Source: Candidatus Methylomirabilota bacterium
GTDB taxonomy: Bacteria; Acidobacteriota; Thermoanaerobaculia; Thermoanaerobaculales; Sulfomarinibacteraceae
DNA length: 64,000 nucleotides
Direction of reading: 5' to 3'
Assembly: GCA_035464095.1 (NCBI GenBank)
Contig: DATHSO010000150.1
Coordinates: forward strand, 56,593-120,592
The first letter of the stretch is position 1. Every line of letters starts with the position of its first letter. The notes below the pieces were generated by a model, which saw nothing but the letters and a program-made list of their open reading frames with translations, had not been told where the DNA came from and made no database searches. Of the stretch, positions 63,389 to 64,000 are shown one piece after another. The position numbers were made by a program, and so were the translations under genes.

Positions 63389-64000
63389 ATGGACCTCGTG
63401 GTGCTCGCGGTCTTTGTCCTGGTCTACCTGGGCATGATCCTCGGTCGCATCCCGGGGCTGGCCATGGACCGCACCGGCATCGCGCTGCTCGGCGCCATCG
63501 TCCTGGTGGGTTCGGGGCGGGTGTCGCCCACCGAGGCCTGGCGGGCCATGGACGTGCCGACCATGGCCCTGCTGCTCGGCCTGATGGTGGTGTCCGCCCA
63601 GCTCCGGCTCGGCGGCTTCTACTCCGAGGTGACGCGTCGGGTGGCTGCGACCGGGACCGGGCCGGGCGGTCTGCTGGCGGCGGTCATCGCCGTTGCCGGC
63701 GGGCTGTCGGCCCTGCTCGCCAACGACATCGTCTGCCTCGCCATGGCGCCGTTGCTGGTGGTCGGCTGCCTGCGGCGGGGCTTCAGCCCGCAGCCGCACC
63801 TGCTCGGTCTCGCCTGCGGCGCCAACATCGGCTCCGCGGCGACTCTCATCGGCAACCCGCAGAACATGCTGATCGGCCAGCGCCTCGAGCTGTCCTTCGC
63901 CGGCTACCTCGTGCACGGTGTGCCCCCGGCGGTGATCGGCTGCGCCCTGGCGTGGGTGCTGATCGCCCTCGTCTACCGTGGGCGCTGGCGCTGCCCGCCG
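63389..64000 (+). CDS. ArsB/NhaD-superfamily anion permease, 3' end outside window
   Basis: My own translation from ATG 63389 is open to the window end (not in the ORF track, no stop): MDLVVLAVFVLVYLGMILGRIPGLAMDRTGIALLGA...SAATLIGNPQNMLIG. Confidence 0.7.
   Translation, partial: MDLVVLAVFVLVYLGMILGRIPGLAMDRTGIALLGAIVLVGSGRVSPTEAWRAMDVPTMALLLGLMVVSAQLRLGGFYSEVTRRVAATGTGPGGLLAAVIAVAGGLSALLANDIVCLAMAPLLVVGCLRRGFSPQPHLLGLACGANIGSAATLIGNPQNMLIGQRLELSFAGYLVHGVPPAVIGCALAWVLIALVYRGRWRCPP

Overview
Visibly high-GC chromosomal segment (GC not computed) from a diderm bacterium. The lineage cannot be set from sequence alone; Acidobacteriota-like is only a guess. I count about 63 protein genes, mostly housekeeping and in conserved synteny. 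These include ribF, an lptC/A-like gene followed by lptB-rpoN-hpf-ptsN-hprK-rapZ-EIIA(Man)-ptsH-ptsI, miaB, parAB, a fused lptFG, scpAB, guaA, rex and lspA-lgt-rluD. I saw no rRNA, tRNA, CRISPR array, transposase, integrase or reverse transcriptase. Five things stand out. (1) At least eight intergenic loci are built from a shared vocabulary of short tandem repeats arranged as inverted arms (foldback). One locus carries an intact four-helix-bundle gene (23S rRNA IVS-protein / Avd-like family) in its loop, one carries a decayed copy, and two are ~600-bp elements with shared termini; conserved junction motifs link the loci. This is my best candidate for an undescribed element family. (2) At 57.3-63.2 kb there is a cluster with two good sigma-54 promoter candidates: a Cys-rich PAS activator, two NifX-like proteins, a radical SAM protein, a CGGC protein, DUF5320, a Gly/Arg-rich zinc ribbon and DUF134. 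(3) An identical 18-20 bp palindrome occurs inside parB and again 3.2 kb downstream, making it a parS-like candidate. (4) A minimal CheW-MCP-CheA/REC module has an MCP that carries a C-terminal Cache-like domain. (5) Several genes have a -10-like hexamer 5-6 nt before the start codon, suggesting leaderless transcripts. All homology calls come from motif recognition by eye; no searches were run.
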